DNA of 36,585 bases, taken from UHGV virus genome UHGV-1373817, one strand, 5' to 3'. The first letter of the stretch is position 1; each line of letters begins with the position of its first letter. This document shows, in pieces, positions 23,533 through 32,240 of the stretch. The position numbers and the translations under genes are program-made. A model generated the notes under the pieces. It was given only the letters and a program-made list of their open reading frames with translations, made no database searches and was not told the DNA's origin. The DNA is from a virus.

Positions 23533-24062
23533 AAGCTAAATGGCACGGAGTCCCATACCATGATATAGCCACAAAAAAGTGGCTTATATCATTCGAAACA
23601 GATGAGATTCCGGAAGTGTTCGACAGAACAAAAGATAACGTCTTGAATCTTGAAATAAAGCGCCACAGAGAGGGTAGAAGCCTAAACGCCAACGCGTATT
23701 TTCATAAACTGTGTGACATGATAGCAAAAGTGGTTAACGCCTCAGCTATTAAGGTCAAGAACATGATGCTAGCGAGGTACGGACAAATAGACAAGGATGT
23801 AAGCCATCTGATCATGGATAACGACATAGACTGTACAGAGCTTGAAACAATCCACTTAAGGCCTACAGGCCATACAAAAGTGATGGATAACGGGAAGCTC
23901 TACCAAGTCTATTTAGTGATAAGAGGAAGTCATACATACGATACTAAAGAAATGTCGCAACTTATAGACGGGACAGTATCAGAGGCGAAAGCATTAGGAA
24001 TTGAAACGCTGACGCCTGCTGAACTAGAAAGGATTAAGGTGGAATGGGGACAAGTATCTTAA
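23529..24062 (+). CDS. Hypothetical early protein
   Basis: ORF with ATGA-type coupling. Confidence 0.4.
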   Translation: MKAKWHGVPYHDIATKKWLISFETDEIPEVFDRTKDNVLNLEIKRHREGRSLNANAYFHKLCDMIAKVVNASAIKVKNMMLARYGQIDKDVSHLIMDNDIDCTELETIHLRPTGHTKVMDNGKLYQVYLVIRGSHTYDTKEMSQLIDGTVSEAKALGIETLTPAELERIKVEWGQVS

Positions 24063-24328
24063 CCACACACAAAGGCATCTGTTACAGATTCCAAAAACAA
24101 ACAGTAACCGAATGTCACCATATATTCTATGGCAAAAACAGAAAGATATCCGACAAATTAGGGTTCTGGGTTCATCTTTGTCCTGAATGTCATAGAGGAA
24201 CTTACGGAGTCCACGGAAAGTATGGGCATGAAATTGACATGGACCTCAAGAAGATGTGCCAGTGGACATATGAGCAGACACATTCCAGGGAGGAGTTCAT
24301 CGAAAAAATAGGAAGGAGTTACATTTGA
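24044..24328 (+). CDS. HNH-type zinc-finger nuclease-like protein
   Basis: ECHHIFYG...LCPECHRGTYGVHG, a Cys/His HNH-like arrangement. Confidence 0.45.
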   Translation: MGTSILTTHKGICYRFQKQTVTECHHIFYGKNRKISDKLGFWVHLCPECHRGTYGVHGKYGHEIDMDLKKMCQWTYEQTHSREEFIEKIGRSYI

Positions 24329-24738
24329 AGGAATTAAAAGAGCCGAAGAGAGTGAGCTTTACTATCAAGCTTGCTCCTGTATCAAAAAAGAATCATTCAC
24401 AAATAATAACAAATCCAAAGACCGGCAGGCCGATGCTTATCCCATCGAAGCAGTATCGAGAGTATGAGCAGAATGCTGCATGGTTTATTCCAAGACTCAG
24501 CGAACCAATATCTGAGCCGGTCAATGTAAGAGGAATCTTTTACATGCCAACCAAAAGAAAATGTGATCTAGTCAACATGGAACAGGCACTGTGTGACCTT
24601 CTGGTTAAGTGCAGAGTCATTGAAGATGATAATTACACGATAGTGCAGTCAATGGATGGTTCAAGGGTGGAATATGACAAGGATGAGCCAAGAACAGAGG
24701 TAATCATTGAATATTTAGGGGGTGATGAATATGAGTAA
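24325..24738 (+). CDS. rusA: RusA-family Holliday junction resolvase
   Basis: VSKKNH...GRPMLIPSKQYREYE...FYMPTKRKCDLVNMEQALCDLL matches the RusA pattern. TTG start after AGGAAGGAG. Confidence 0.75.
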   Translation: MKELKEPKRVSFTIKLAPVSKKNHSQIITNPKTGRPMLIPSKQYREYEQNAAWFIPRLSEPISEPVNVRGIFYMPTKRKCDLVNMEQALCDLLVKCRVIEDDNYTIVQSMDGSRVEYDKDEPRTEVIIEYLGGDEYE

Positions 24739-24949
24739 GCAGGAACAAAGAGTACTTCAGTATATGAGAGACTTCGGGGGCATTACTCCGATGGAAGCTA
24801 TAAAGGATTTAGGAATCATGAGACTTGCTTCCAGAATAAGCGATTTAAGACGTAAGGGTTATCTCATAGATAGAACCTTTGAAAAGGGCGAAAACAGATA
24901 CGGAGAGCCAACAAAATGGGCAAGATACATACTGAAAGGAGAAATTTAG
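24722..24949 (+). CDS. Winged-HTH DNA-binding protein
   Basis: LASRISDLRRKGYLI motif. Confidence 0.45.
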   Translation: MMNMSKQEQRVLQYMRDFGGITPMEAIKDLGIMRLASRISDLRRKGYLIDRTFEKGENRYGEPTKWARYILKGEI

Positions 24950-24950
24950 G

Positions 24951-25361
24951 ATGAACAAAGCGATATTAATGGGAAGATTAACCAGAGACCCAGAGGTGAG
25001 ATATTCACAAGGACAGAACGGTGAGCAGATGGCTATAGCAAGATACACACTTGCAGTAGACAGAAAGACAAAAAAGACAGGTGATCAGCAGACAGCAGAC
25101 TTCATTAACTGTGTGGCCTTTGGTAAATCAGCAGAATTTGCTGAGAAGTACTTAAAGCAGGGAACAAAGATGATAATTGAGGGACATATTCAGACCGGCT
25201 CATATACAAATAAGGACGGTCAGAAGGTATACACAACAGACATCATAGTGGATGCTCAGGAGTTTGCAGAATCAAAGAAGAGCGCAGAGGAAACACCTGC
25301 AGCGGCTCCGGATTTCGTAAGTATTCCAGATGGACTTGAGAGTGATCTCCCATTTAAGTAA
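24951..25361 (+). CDS. ssb: Single-stranded DNA-binding protein
   Basis: OB-fold N-terminus MNKAILMGRLTRDPEVRY and acidic tail ...DLPF. Confidence 0.85.
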   Translation: MNKAILMGRLTRDPEVRYSQGQNGEQMAIARYTLAVDRKTKKTGDQQTADFINCVAFGKSAEFAEKYLKQGTKMIIEGHIQTGSYTNKDGQKVYTTDIIVDAQEFAESKKSAEETPAAAPDFVSIPDGLESDLPFK

Positions 25362-25376
25362 AAGGAAGGCGGGACA

Positions 25377-26165
25377 ATGGCAAAAAGATACTTTTGGCTA
25401 AAGCTTAAAGATAACTTTTTCAGCGACAAAAGAATAAAAAAGCTCCGTAAGATAGCCGGAGGAGACACATACACGGTTATATTCCTCAAGATGATGCTCA
25501 GGACACTCCAAACAGATGGGGTTATCGAATACGAAGGGATAGAAAGCACATTTGCTGAAGAACTTAGCCTAGATCTTGATGAAGAGCCGGACAATGTGCA
25601 GGTAACCGTCAACTATCTCTTAGCTTCTGGACTGCTTGTTGACCTGGGGGAGAACAAATATCTTCTCCCTACAGTCCGAGAGAATACAGGAGGGGAAACA
25701 GCGGCAGCCGAACGTATGAGAAATATGCGAAAGCGTAACAATGTTACACCTATGTTACGTGATGGTTACGTAGAGAAAGAGATAGAGAAAGAGAAAGAGA
25801 AGAGAAAGAAAGTAGATTATCAGCAGATAGCTGATATGTATAACGATACTTGCGTATCGTTCCCAAGGCTCAAAACACTATCTGAATCAAGAAAGCAGGC
25901 TATTAAGGCAAGGCTTAAGACATATACCATAGATGACTTTAAGAAAATGTTTGAAAAGGCTGAGTCTTCTGCATTCCTTAAAGGTGGAAATGATAGAAAC
26001 TGGTCAGCGACATTTGACTGGATGATTAAAGATTCAAATATGGCAAAGATTCTCGATGGTAACTATGACAGCAACAAAAAGGTTAAAAAAACAAGATACG
26101 ATGCAGCGGATAAAGAGGAAAGACTAGACGATTTAACAGCAATAGAGAACATGTATTTAGAATAG
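25377..26165 (+). CDS. Phage replisome organiser (N-terminal domain) with DnaD-like C-terminus
   Basis: MAKRYFWLKLKDNFFSDKRIKKL is the Rep_Org_N signature start. C-terminal FLKGGNDRNWSATFDWMIK is DnaD-like. Confidence 0.7.
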   Translation: MAKRYFWLKLKDNFFSDKRIKKLRKIAGGDTYTVIFLKMMLRTLQTDGVIEYEGIESTFAEELSLDLDEEPDNVQVTVNYLLASGLLVDLGENKYLLPTVRENTGGETAAAERMRNMRKRNNVTPMLRDGYVEKEIEKEKEKRKKVDYQQIADMYNDTCVSFPRLKTLSESRKQAIKARLKTYTIDDFKKMFEKAESSAFLKGGNDRNWSATFDWMIKDSNMAKILDGNYDSNKKVKKTRYDAADKEERLDDLTAIENMYLE

Positions 26166-26178
26166 GGGAGATAAACAC

Positions 26179-26604
26179 ATGGAAAGAACAACCGAATATA
26201 TGACTGATGGAGAAATAGTGAGGTCATACAAGCTCTCACGAGATAAAGGAGAGCAGATAACAATACTCGCAGAGCTTAATGCTTGTGATACGGAAACGAT
26301 CATGGCAATCCTGCTGAGATATGGAGCGATAGACAAAAGCGATATGTATACAGTCAAGTGTATGTACTGCGGGGCTGAGGTGATGCTTCCATCAAGACGG
26401 TGGAAACATATCTGTCCGGAGTGCAGACGCAGGAATGAAGCTATCAAAGAGATTAGATATAAGCTCAGGCTAAATGCTACCAATCTCCAGAATACCATGA
26501 GACGCGTTGCAGAGATTAATAACGACACTAAAAAGCTTCAGAAAGAACTGGAGGAGCTTGAGAAAGAAAGAGGAACTATCAATGGAAAGAAGAAAAGGAA
26601 ATAA
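26179..26604 (+). CDS. Zn-ribbon hypothetical protein
   Basis: CMYCG...CPEC. Confidence 0.4.
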   Translation: MERTTEYMTDGEIVRSYKLSRDKGEQITILAELNACDTETIMAILLRYGAIDKSDMYTVKCMYCGAEVMLPSRRWKHICPECRRRNEAIKEIRYKLRLNATNLQNTMRRVAEINNDTKKLQKELEELEKERGTINGKKKRK

Positions 26605-26750
26605 AGAAAGGAGTAACATCTAATCCCTATGAAGTAGGGTTCCTGGATAAAGATGTCATTAAATTCAGGGTAAAAGCCATTGAAATAGCGTGAAACGGTA
26701 ACGGAGTAGCATTGGAAGTCTAAATGGATTAACCACAGTCGATTAGATTT

Positions 26751-27488
26751 GTGGTTGATGTGAAAAGAAAAGTAGTTTGGATAAGTGCAGGAGTATCAAG
26801 CTTTATAGCCGGATATCTTGTGAAAGAAACTGTAACAGATTGGATATACATAGATGTAGCAGACCAACATCCGGATAGCATCCGATTCATACATGACTGT
26901 GAGAAAGTGTTGGGACAGCCTATACAAATTCTTAAGTCTGAAGAATACAAGGATGTAGCCGATGTGGTGAGAAAAACTCGAATGATAAACAGCCCTTGGG
27001 GAGCTAGTTGTACAGGAATGCTTAAGAAAGCGGTAAGAAAACATTGGGAGCAGGATCATTTGAAAGATGAATTAACATACGTCTGGGGAATGGATGCAAA
27101 GGAAAAAAGAAGAGCCGAAAGCATTATTCAGAACTTCCCAGAGTTTGAGCATGAGTTTCCATTAATAGACAGAAACATCTCAAAGCAGGACTGCCACGGC
27201 ATCATACAGCAGTTAGGAATTAAAAGGCCGGTAATGTATGACCTTGGATATTCAAACAATAACTGCATCGGATGCGTAAAAGGTGGAATGTACTACTGGA
27301 ATATGATCAGGAAGGACTTTCCAGAAGTGTTCAAGCATCGGGCAGAACTAGAAAGAGAGATAGGACATAGTTGCTTAAATGGAGTGTTTCTGGATGAGCT
27401 TGACCCTAAAGCAGGAAGAAAGAGTGAAGAGATAACAGGGGACTGTGGAGTTATCTGCTACTTGGAATATATGAATGTAAAGGAATAG
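26751..27488 (+). CDS. PAPS-reductase-family protein with a degenerate PP-loop
   Basis: VWISAGVSS replaces SGGKDS. C-terminal MYDLGYSNNNCIGC matches the LYDxGYxSxGCxxC family motif. GTG start. Confidence 0.55.
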   Translation: MVDVKRKVVWISAGVSSFIAGYLVKETVTDWIYIDVADQHPDSIRFIHDCEKVLGQPIQILKSEEYKDVADVVRKTRMINSPWGASCTGMLKKAVRKHWEQDHLKDELTYVWGMDAKEKRRAESIIQNFPEFEHEFPLIDRNISKQDCHGIIQQLGIKRPVMYDLGYSNNNCIGCVKGGMYYWNMIRKDFPEVFKHRAELEREIGHSCLNGVFLDELDPKAGRKSEEITGDCGVICYLEYMNVKE

Positions 27489-27490
27489 AT

Positions 27491-28756
27491 ATGGACGATA
27501 TGATTATTGATTGCTTCGCCGGTGGTGGCGGGGCAAGCGTGGGAATAGAAATGGCATTAGGGCGTCATGTTGATATAGCTGTTAATCATGACCCGCAGGC
27601 CATAAGGATGCACAAGGTTAACCATCCGGATACATTACATCTAACTGAGGATATCTTTTCAGTAGACTTGGAAAGATATGTAGATGGCAGAAGAGTGCCT
27701 TTGATGTGGGCGAGTCCTGATTGTACAAGCCACAGCAAGGCAAAAGGTGGACAGCCAAGAAACAGCGGATTAAGAATACTTCCCTGGGCGGTTCATAAAC
27801 ATGCGAAGGTTCTTAATCCAGAGGTAATTATTATGGAAAATGTTGAGGAAATACAGGAATGGGGACCTTTGAATGAATATGGATTTCCAATAAAGGAAAG
27901 AAAAGGAGAGGAATATAAGCGGTTTGTAGGAGCCATGGAAGACCTTGGATACAACTTTGATTGCAGAGAGCTTGTAGCTGCTGATTACGGCGCACCCACA
28001 ACACGAAAAAGATGGTATGCAGTATTAAGAAAAGACGGAAGGGATATAGTTTTCCCTGATCAGACTCACAGCAAGGATGGAATCGAATATGATAAATGGC
28101 TTGAGTGTGGCGATTATATCGACTGGAGTGACCTTGGGAAATCTGTATTTGACAGAAAGAAGCCATTAGCTGAGGCTACACAGAAAAGAATAGCTTTAGG
28201 CATTCAGAAGTACATCGTTAATAATCCTCATCCTTATATGGTAAGGAACAATCAAGTGGCTTCATTCCTTATTCAGTATCACGGTGAGACAAGGGAAGGA
28301 GATTGCAGAGGGCAGTACCTGGATGAACCTATAAAGACATTAGATACAAGCAACAGATATGGCTTAGTAAGTGCCTTTTTAATTAAGTACTACGGTACAG
28401 GATGCGGCCAAGAGCTTAGCCTTCCACTTGGAACCATAACCACAAAGGATAGATTTGGACTTGTTACGGTAGAAATCAACGGAGAGACATACAGAATCAA
28501 AGATATATTCTTGAGGATGCTTAAACCAGAGGAGCTTAAGGTATTACAAGGATTTCCAAAGGATTACATCATAGACAGGGATATAAATTGGAAACCTTAT
28601 CCGATAAAAGAGCAGGTTGCAAGAATAGGTAACAGTGTAGTGCCTGTAATGGCTGAATCGCTTGTCAGAGCTAATTGCAGCTATTTGAGAATCGGAGAAA
28701 GAACGCCAAATATTACATTTAGAAATGTTAATGGACAGATGGAAATAGCAGTTTAG
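27491..28756 (+). CDS. DNA cytosine-5 methyltransferase
   Basis: Motif I DCFAGGGGAS. A motif IV variant SPDC. Motif VI ENV. RxR motif TTRKRWYAV. Motif X RIGNSVVPV. Confidence 0.75.
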   Translation: MDDMIIDCFAGGGGASVGIEMALGRHVDIAVNHDPQAIRMHKVNHPDTLHLTEDIFSVDLERYVDGRRVPLMWASPDCTSHSKAKGGQPRNSGLRILPWAVHKHAKVLNPEVIIMENVEEIQEWGPLNEYGFPIKERKGEEYKRFVGAMEDLGYNFDCRELVAADYGAPTTRKRWYAVLRKDGRDIVFPDQTHSKDGIEYDKWLECGDYIDWSDLGKSVFDRKKPLAEATQKRIALGIQKYIVNNPHPYMVRNNQVASFLIQYHGETREGDCRGQYLDEPIKTLDTSNRYGLVSAFLIKYYGTGCGQELSLPLGTITTKDRFGLVTVEINGETYRIKDIFLRMLKPEELKVLQGFPKDYIIDRDINWKPYPIKEQVARIGNSVVPVMAESLVRANCSYLRIGERTPNITFRNVNGQMEIAV

Positions 28757-28767
28757 GAGGTGCAAAC

Positions 28768-28935
28768 ATGGATGCGAAGGAATTAACACAGAAATATTTT
28801 AAAGACCATCAGGACATATATGAGTTGAAGAAACAAGTCGAGTATCTCACTAATGAGGTGACTCTTTTAAGAAGATTCGTGGACGATATGAAGATAGATA
28901 TAAAGATGCTTCAGAATGTAAGGAGGGGGGGATGA
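28768..28935 (+). CDS. Small coiled-coil protein
   Basis: RBS GGAGGT. 55 aa. Ends in a G7 tract. Confidence 0.3.
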   Translation: MDAKELTQKYFKDHQDIYELKKQVEYLTNEVTLLRRFVDDMKIDIKMLQNVRRGG

Positions 28936-29035
28936 CAAAAGAAGAAATAGAGAAATGCTTGAAAGGAGCCAAGAATGATAAACGTAGAAAAGCGTGAAAT
29001 AGCAATTAGAAGTGTTGATAACGGGGGGGAGTTAT

Positions 29036-29668
29036 ATGTTAAACGAATGGATAGAAGCTAAGATACAAGATAGCAAAGATGTATTAAGACTTGCAGCGGA
29101 AATATCCCAAGAATATTATCAAAAACCCCTGATCATAACTTATTCTGGAGGAAAAGATTCGGATGTGATGCTTCAGCTCGCAATGGAATGCCTGGAGCCT
29201 AATCAGTTCGAAGTGTTAAACAGTCACACAACAGTCGATGCCCCCGAAACTGTATATCATATAAGAGATAAATTCAAAGAACTTGAAGATGCAGGAATTA
29301 AAACAACAATTAAATATCCAAGATACAAAGATGGTAGATATAAGTCAATGTGGGCATTGATAGAAGACAAGATGATACCGCCCACAAGAATTCAACGATA
29401 TTGTTGCGAAGAACTTAAAGAAACAAGTACGTCAAACAGATTTGCGGCGGTTGGAGTAAGGAAAGCAGAATCAGCAGGAAGAAAAGGGAGAGAGGTGTTT
29501 TCCACTTACGGAAGGACTAAAGCCGAAGCCCGCCACTACTACTACTCACACATCAAAGAGGTTTTTGAAACGGCAAAGCAGAAAACACTTGAGGGGGGCA
29601 GTTTCCAAACGATGACAATGTATGGGACTGCACATTCATTTCCAAAGCAAAACACAATGAAAATTTGA
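29036..29668 (+). CDS. PAPS-reductase-family protein, N-terminal part (intact PP-loop)
   Basis: LIITYSGGKDSDVMLQLAME and RIQRYCCEELK. The longest ORF starts at the GTG at 29012; the ATG at 29036 follows a G7 SD-like tract. Confidence 0.65.
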   Translation: MLNEWIEAKIQDSKDVLRLAAEISQEYYQKPLIITYSGGKDSDVMLQLAMECLEPNQFEVLNSHTTVDAPETVYHIRDKFKELEDAGIKTTIKYPRYKDGRYKSMWALIEDKMIPPTRIQRYCCEELKETSTSNRFAAVGVRKAESAGRKGREVFSTYGRTKAEARHYYYSHIKEVFETAKQKTLEGGSFQTMTMYGTAHSFPKQNTMKI

Positions 29669-30018
29669 TATGTAACCCGATATATGAATGGACAGATCAT
29701 GAAGTGTGGTTATTTATACGAGACAGAAAGATTAAATATAACCCGCTATATGATCAAGGGTACTCAAGAGTCGGATGTATAGGGTGTCCTTTAGCAAGGA
29801 ATCAGGTCTTAGAGTTAGAGAAAAACCCTAAATATAAATTGAATTACATCAGAGCTTTTGACAGGATGCTAAAGAAAAGAAAGGCTGCGGGGAAAGATGA
29901 CGTTACAGGCAAAACCGGTCTTCATTGCTGGAAAGATGGTGAGGCGGTTTATAGATGGTGGATTAACGACCAGGGTATCGAAGGGCAGACAGATATATAT
30001 GACTTTTTAGACAAATAA
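29593..30018 (+). CDS. PAPS-reductase C-terminal part in the -1 frame (gene split at a G6 tract)
   Basis: The -1 frame opens exactly at the G6 run 29593-29598. It encodes NPIYEWTDHEVWLFIRDRKIKYNPLYDQGYSRVGCIGCPL, the conserved C-terminal block. Confidence 0.55.
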   Translation, partial: GGQFPNDDNVWDCTFISKAKHNENLICNPIYEWTDHEVWLFIRDRKIKYNPLYDQGYSRVGCIGCPLARNQVLELEKNPKYKLNYIRAFDRMLKKRKAAGKDDVTGKTGLHCWKDGEAVYRWWINDQGIEGQTDIYDFLDK

Positions 30019-30039
30019 TAGAACATCGCGAATAGGAGG

Positions 30040-30387
30040 ATGTATGACAAGAGAAGAAGCAATAAAAGTACTGAATATGGTCGACGTATGGCTATCAAGG
30101 CACTAGAGCAAGAGCCTTGCGGGGGTTGCGTGAGTAGAGAGCAATTAAAAAGAGAACTTCATGCGCAAATGGCGGTTAATGCAATAACAAAAGAAACCGC
30201 AGAAGATATGCTCAATCATTTACCATCAGTTACACCACAGCCAAAGACAGGGCATTGGATAGCAACAGGAGATTATTTTACAGGGGCTTATGGCAGTATA
30301 GACTATGTCGAATGCTCATGTTGTGGGTATGAAAGCCTTGAAGAAGGGCATTATTGCCCTTTCTGTGGAGCAAGAATGGAGGATTAG
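30040..30387 (+). CDS. Zn-ribbon hypothetical protein (start uncertain)
   Basis: C-terminal CSCCGY...CPFCG. Confidence 0.35.
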   Translation: MYDKRRSNKSTEYGRRMAIKALEQEPCGGCVSREQLKRELHAQMAVNAITKETAEDMLNHLPSVTPQPKTGHWIATGDYFTGAYGSIDYVECSCCGYESLEEGHYCPFCGARMED

Positions 30388-30559
30388 AAATGACAGTAAA
30401 AAAAGCAATAGAGGTTTTAAAAAGCGAGTGTTATGTATTTAATCCGCGCGGACTTTGAAGAAGGGTGTCGTTACTGCAACAGGCGGGGCAGTGACAGATA
30501 TGTGAACAAAGAGGAATACTACGATTAAATGCAAAGGTAGTCATAGAATAGGGGTAAAA

Positions 30560-31018
30560 ATGGAAAAGAAAGAAATAATTGAATTAATCCATCAAATATG
30601 CTTTGAACTGATGGATTCGATTAATGCTGAGGAAGTATCCTTCCACGATGATTTGGTTCTCCAGATCAATAAGAAAGTTTGTGAAGAAATTGACAAACGG
30701 TTGGGTGAGGAAGAGCCCTGGAGTGGGTATATGAAAAAGAAACTTACACAGCTGTTTATAAGAGACTACAAAGAAGAAGGAGACTGCGATAACTGCAAGC
30801 ACTGTGGCGACCCGATAGAAATATGCGTATTAAAAAAATGTCACAGAGCTATTGACGAGTTTAACGACGCTTACGAATGCGCATACACAAAAGACGATAT
30901 GACGAAAGTTAAAGCAATGCGTGAATTAATAGACTTTAAAGATGGAGGGCTAAAACCTTCACCAGAAGCACTTGATATGGCAATAAACGCGTTAATGTCG
31001 CCATTTGATGAAGTTTGA
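30560..31018 (+). CDS. Cys-rich hypothetical protein
   Basis: CDNCKHCG...C..KC. Confidence 0.35.
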   Translation: MEKKEIIELIHQICFELMDSINAEEVSFHDDLVLQINKKVCEEIDKRLGEEEPWSGYMKKKLTQLFIRDYKEEGDCDNCKHCGDPIEICVLKKCHRAIDEFNDAYECAYTKDDMTKVKAMRELIDFKDGGLKPSPEALDMAINALMSPFDEV

Positions 31019-31035
31019 AAGAGAGGTAAAGAAGA

Positions 31036-31227
31036 ATGACAAGAACAGAGCGGGTAGTAAATCATAATAATGCCGCTGCAAAGATGATTGAAAATGCGGC
31101 CGCAGAAGGAATGATGTTAGAAGACATCGACGCAATGGTCGAAGGAGGTAAGCTTGAGGTGCTGAGAGATATAAGCGTATCACTTGCGATGATCGTGGAT
31201 TTGATTGGAGGAAAGGCGAATGACTAG
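31036..31227 (+). CDS. Hypothetical small protein
   Basis: RBS GAGAGGTAAAGAAGA. Confidence 0.3.
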   Translation: MTRTERVVNHNNAAAKMIENAAAEGMMLEDIDAMVEGGKLEVLRDISVSLAMIVDLIGGKAND

Positions 31228-31417
31228 AGAAGAATGTGAGCAGGCTATATGCCAGAAGATGAAAGAAATATGGAACATCTACCATGAATATAACCCAGTA
31301 GGATACAGTTTAGGACTATTCGCTAACGCTGAAGGGCTTGTGATGATAAACAACGAATACTGGAAGGATGATAGGAATAAACCTATATCTAAGCGTATGG
31401 CATGGAAGGAGGACTAG
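31205..31417 (+). CDS. Hypothetical small protein
   Basis: RBS GGAGGAAAGG. Confidence 0.3.
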   Translation: MEERRMTREECEQAICQKMKEIWNIYHEYNPVGYSLGLFANAEGLVMINNEYWKDDRNKPISKRMAWKED

Positions 31418-31498
31418 ATGAGCTTTATAACAGGATTAATAATAGGATGTGGGTTAGGAATAATGATTTGTACGTTGTTAAACGTTAACAAGGATTAA
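31418..31498 (+). CDS. 26-aa hydrophobic peptide MSFITGLIIGCGLGIMICTLLNVNKD
   Basis: TAGATG coupling to the upstream ORF. Single TM-like peptide. Confidence 0.25.
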   Translation: MSFITGLIIGCGLGIMICTLLNVNKD

Positions 31499-31508
31499 GG
31501 GGGTTCAT

Positions 31509-31667
31509 TTGGCTGAAAAAATAAGGTATAATAAAGAGAAGAGTAATGAACAGTTTAAATGTGACTGTGGGCGCGTGATAGCTTACAGGAAAGATGATAA
31601 GATATATGTAAAATGCAGAGATTGCAAGAAATGGATAGCAATACTCAGCATTAATAAGGTTCAGTAA
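31509..31667 (+). CDS. 52-aa zinc-ribbon protein
   Basis: TTG start after AAGGGGGT. CDCG...CRDC. Confidence 0.35.
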   Translation: MAEKIRYNKEKSNEQFKCDCGRVIAYRKDDKIYVKCRDCKKWIAILSINKVQ

Positions 31668-31671
31668 ATGA

Positions 31672-31710
31672 AGAGCCATCGAGATCATAAGGTTTCGGTG
31701 GCTCTTTTTG
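31672..31710 (+). terminator. Rho-independent terminator immediately upstream of terS
   Basis: AGAGCCATCGA (31672-31682) pairs with TCGGTGGCTCT (31695-31705), followed by TTTT. Confidence 0.6.
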
Positions 31711-31742
31711 TATTTAACACCCGAAGAACTGAGGTGATAGAT

Positions 31743-32240
31743 TTGGCGAAAGGAAAGTATGCCGAATGGTTAGAAGAAGATAATTTAATAAGACTGCAAG
31801 GATGGGCGAGAGATGGACTGACAGATGAACAGATAGCTCATAACGCAGGTATTAACAGAGACACGCTTAAGGAGTGGAAAAAGAGATTCCCCGCCATTTC
31901 CGCCGCCTTAAAAAAAGGAAAGGATGTAGCGGACAGAGAAGTGGAAAATGCCCTGTTTCGGTCAGCTATGGGATACAGTGCAGAAGAGGAAGTGTGGGAG
32001 CGAGTAGTTGATAAAGATACAGGTGAAGCGAGCATGGTCCTCACAAAGAGAATGATTAAACATATTCCTGCAAGTCAGACTGCACAAATATTCTGGTTAA
32101 AGAATAGAAAGCCTGAAGAGTGGAGAGAAAAACGTATCACAGAAGAACATATAGAGTTTGAGTCTGACGGATTCCTTGAAGCATTAAAGGGAGAAGCATC
32201 CAAGACGTTTGAAGAGGCAGGTGATACGGTTGAGACGTAA
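31743..32240 (+). CDS. terS: Terminase small subunit
   Basis: AKGKYAEWLEEDNLIRLQGWARDGLTDEQIA... TTG start after GAGGTGATA. The longest ORF begins at 31668, inside the terminator. Confidence 0.7.
   Translation: MAKGKYAEWLEEDNLIRLQGWARDGLTDEQIAHNAGINRDTLKEWKKRFPAISAALKKGKDVADREVENALFRSAMGYSAEEEVWERVVDKDTGEASMVLTKRMIKHIPASQTAQIFWLKNRKPEEWREKRITEEHIEFESDGFLEALKGEASKTFEEAGDTVET

Noticed and set aside
30040-30110. Alternative overlapping start/frame for ORF 30040 (SD AGGAGG abuts the ATG at 30040; the ATG at 30044 in the +1 frame gives MTREEAIKVLNMVDVWLSRH)
   Set aside because: Both frames encode AIK.L-like peptides and neither start has ideal spacing. This could not be resolved without homologues, so it is left as a single low-confidence CDS.
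31668-31742. N-terminal extension of terS from the ATG at 31668
   Set aside because: The extension is encoded across a strong terminator hairpin. The TTG at 31743 has a good SD (GAGGTGATA) and gives the canonical AKGKYAEWL start.
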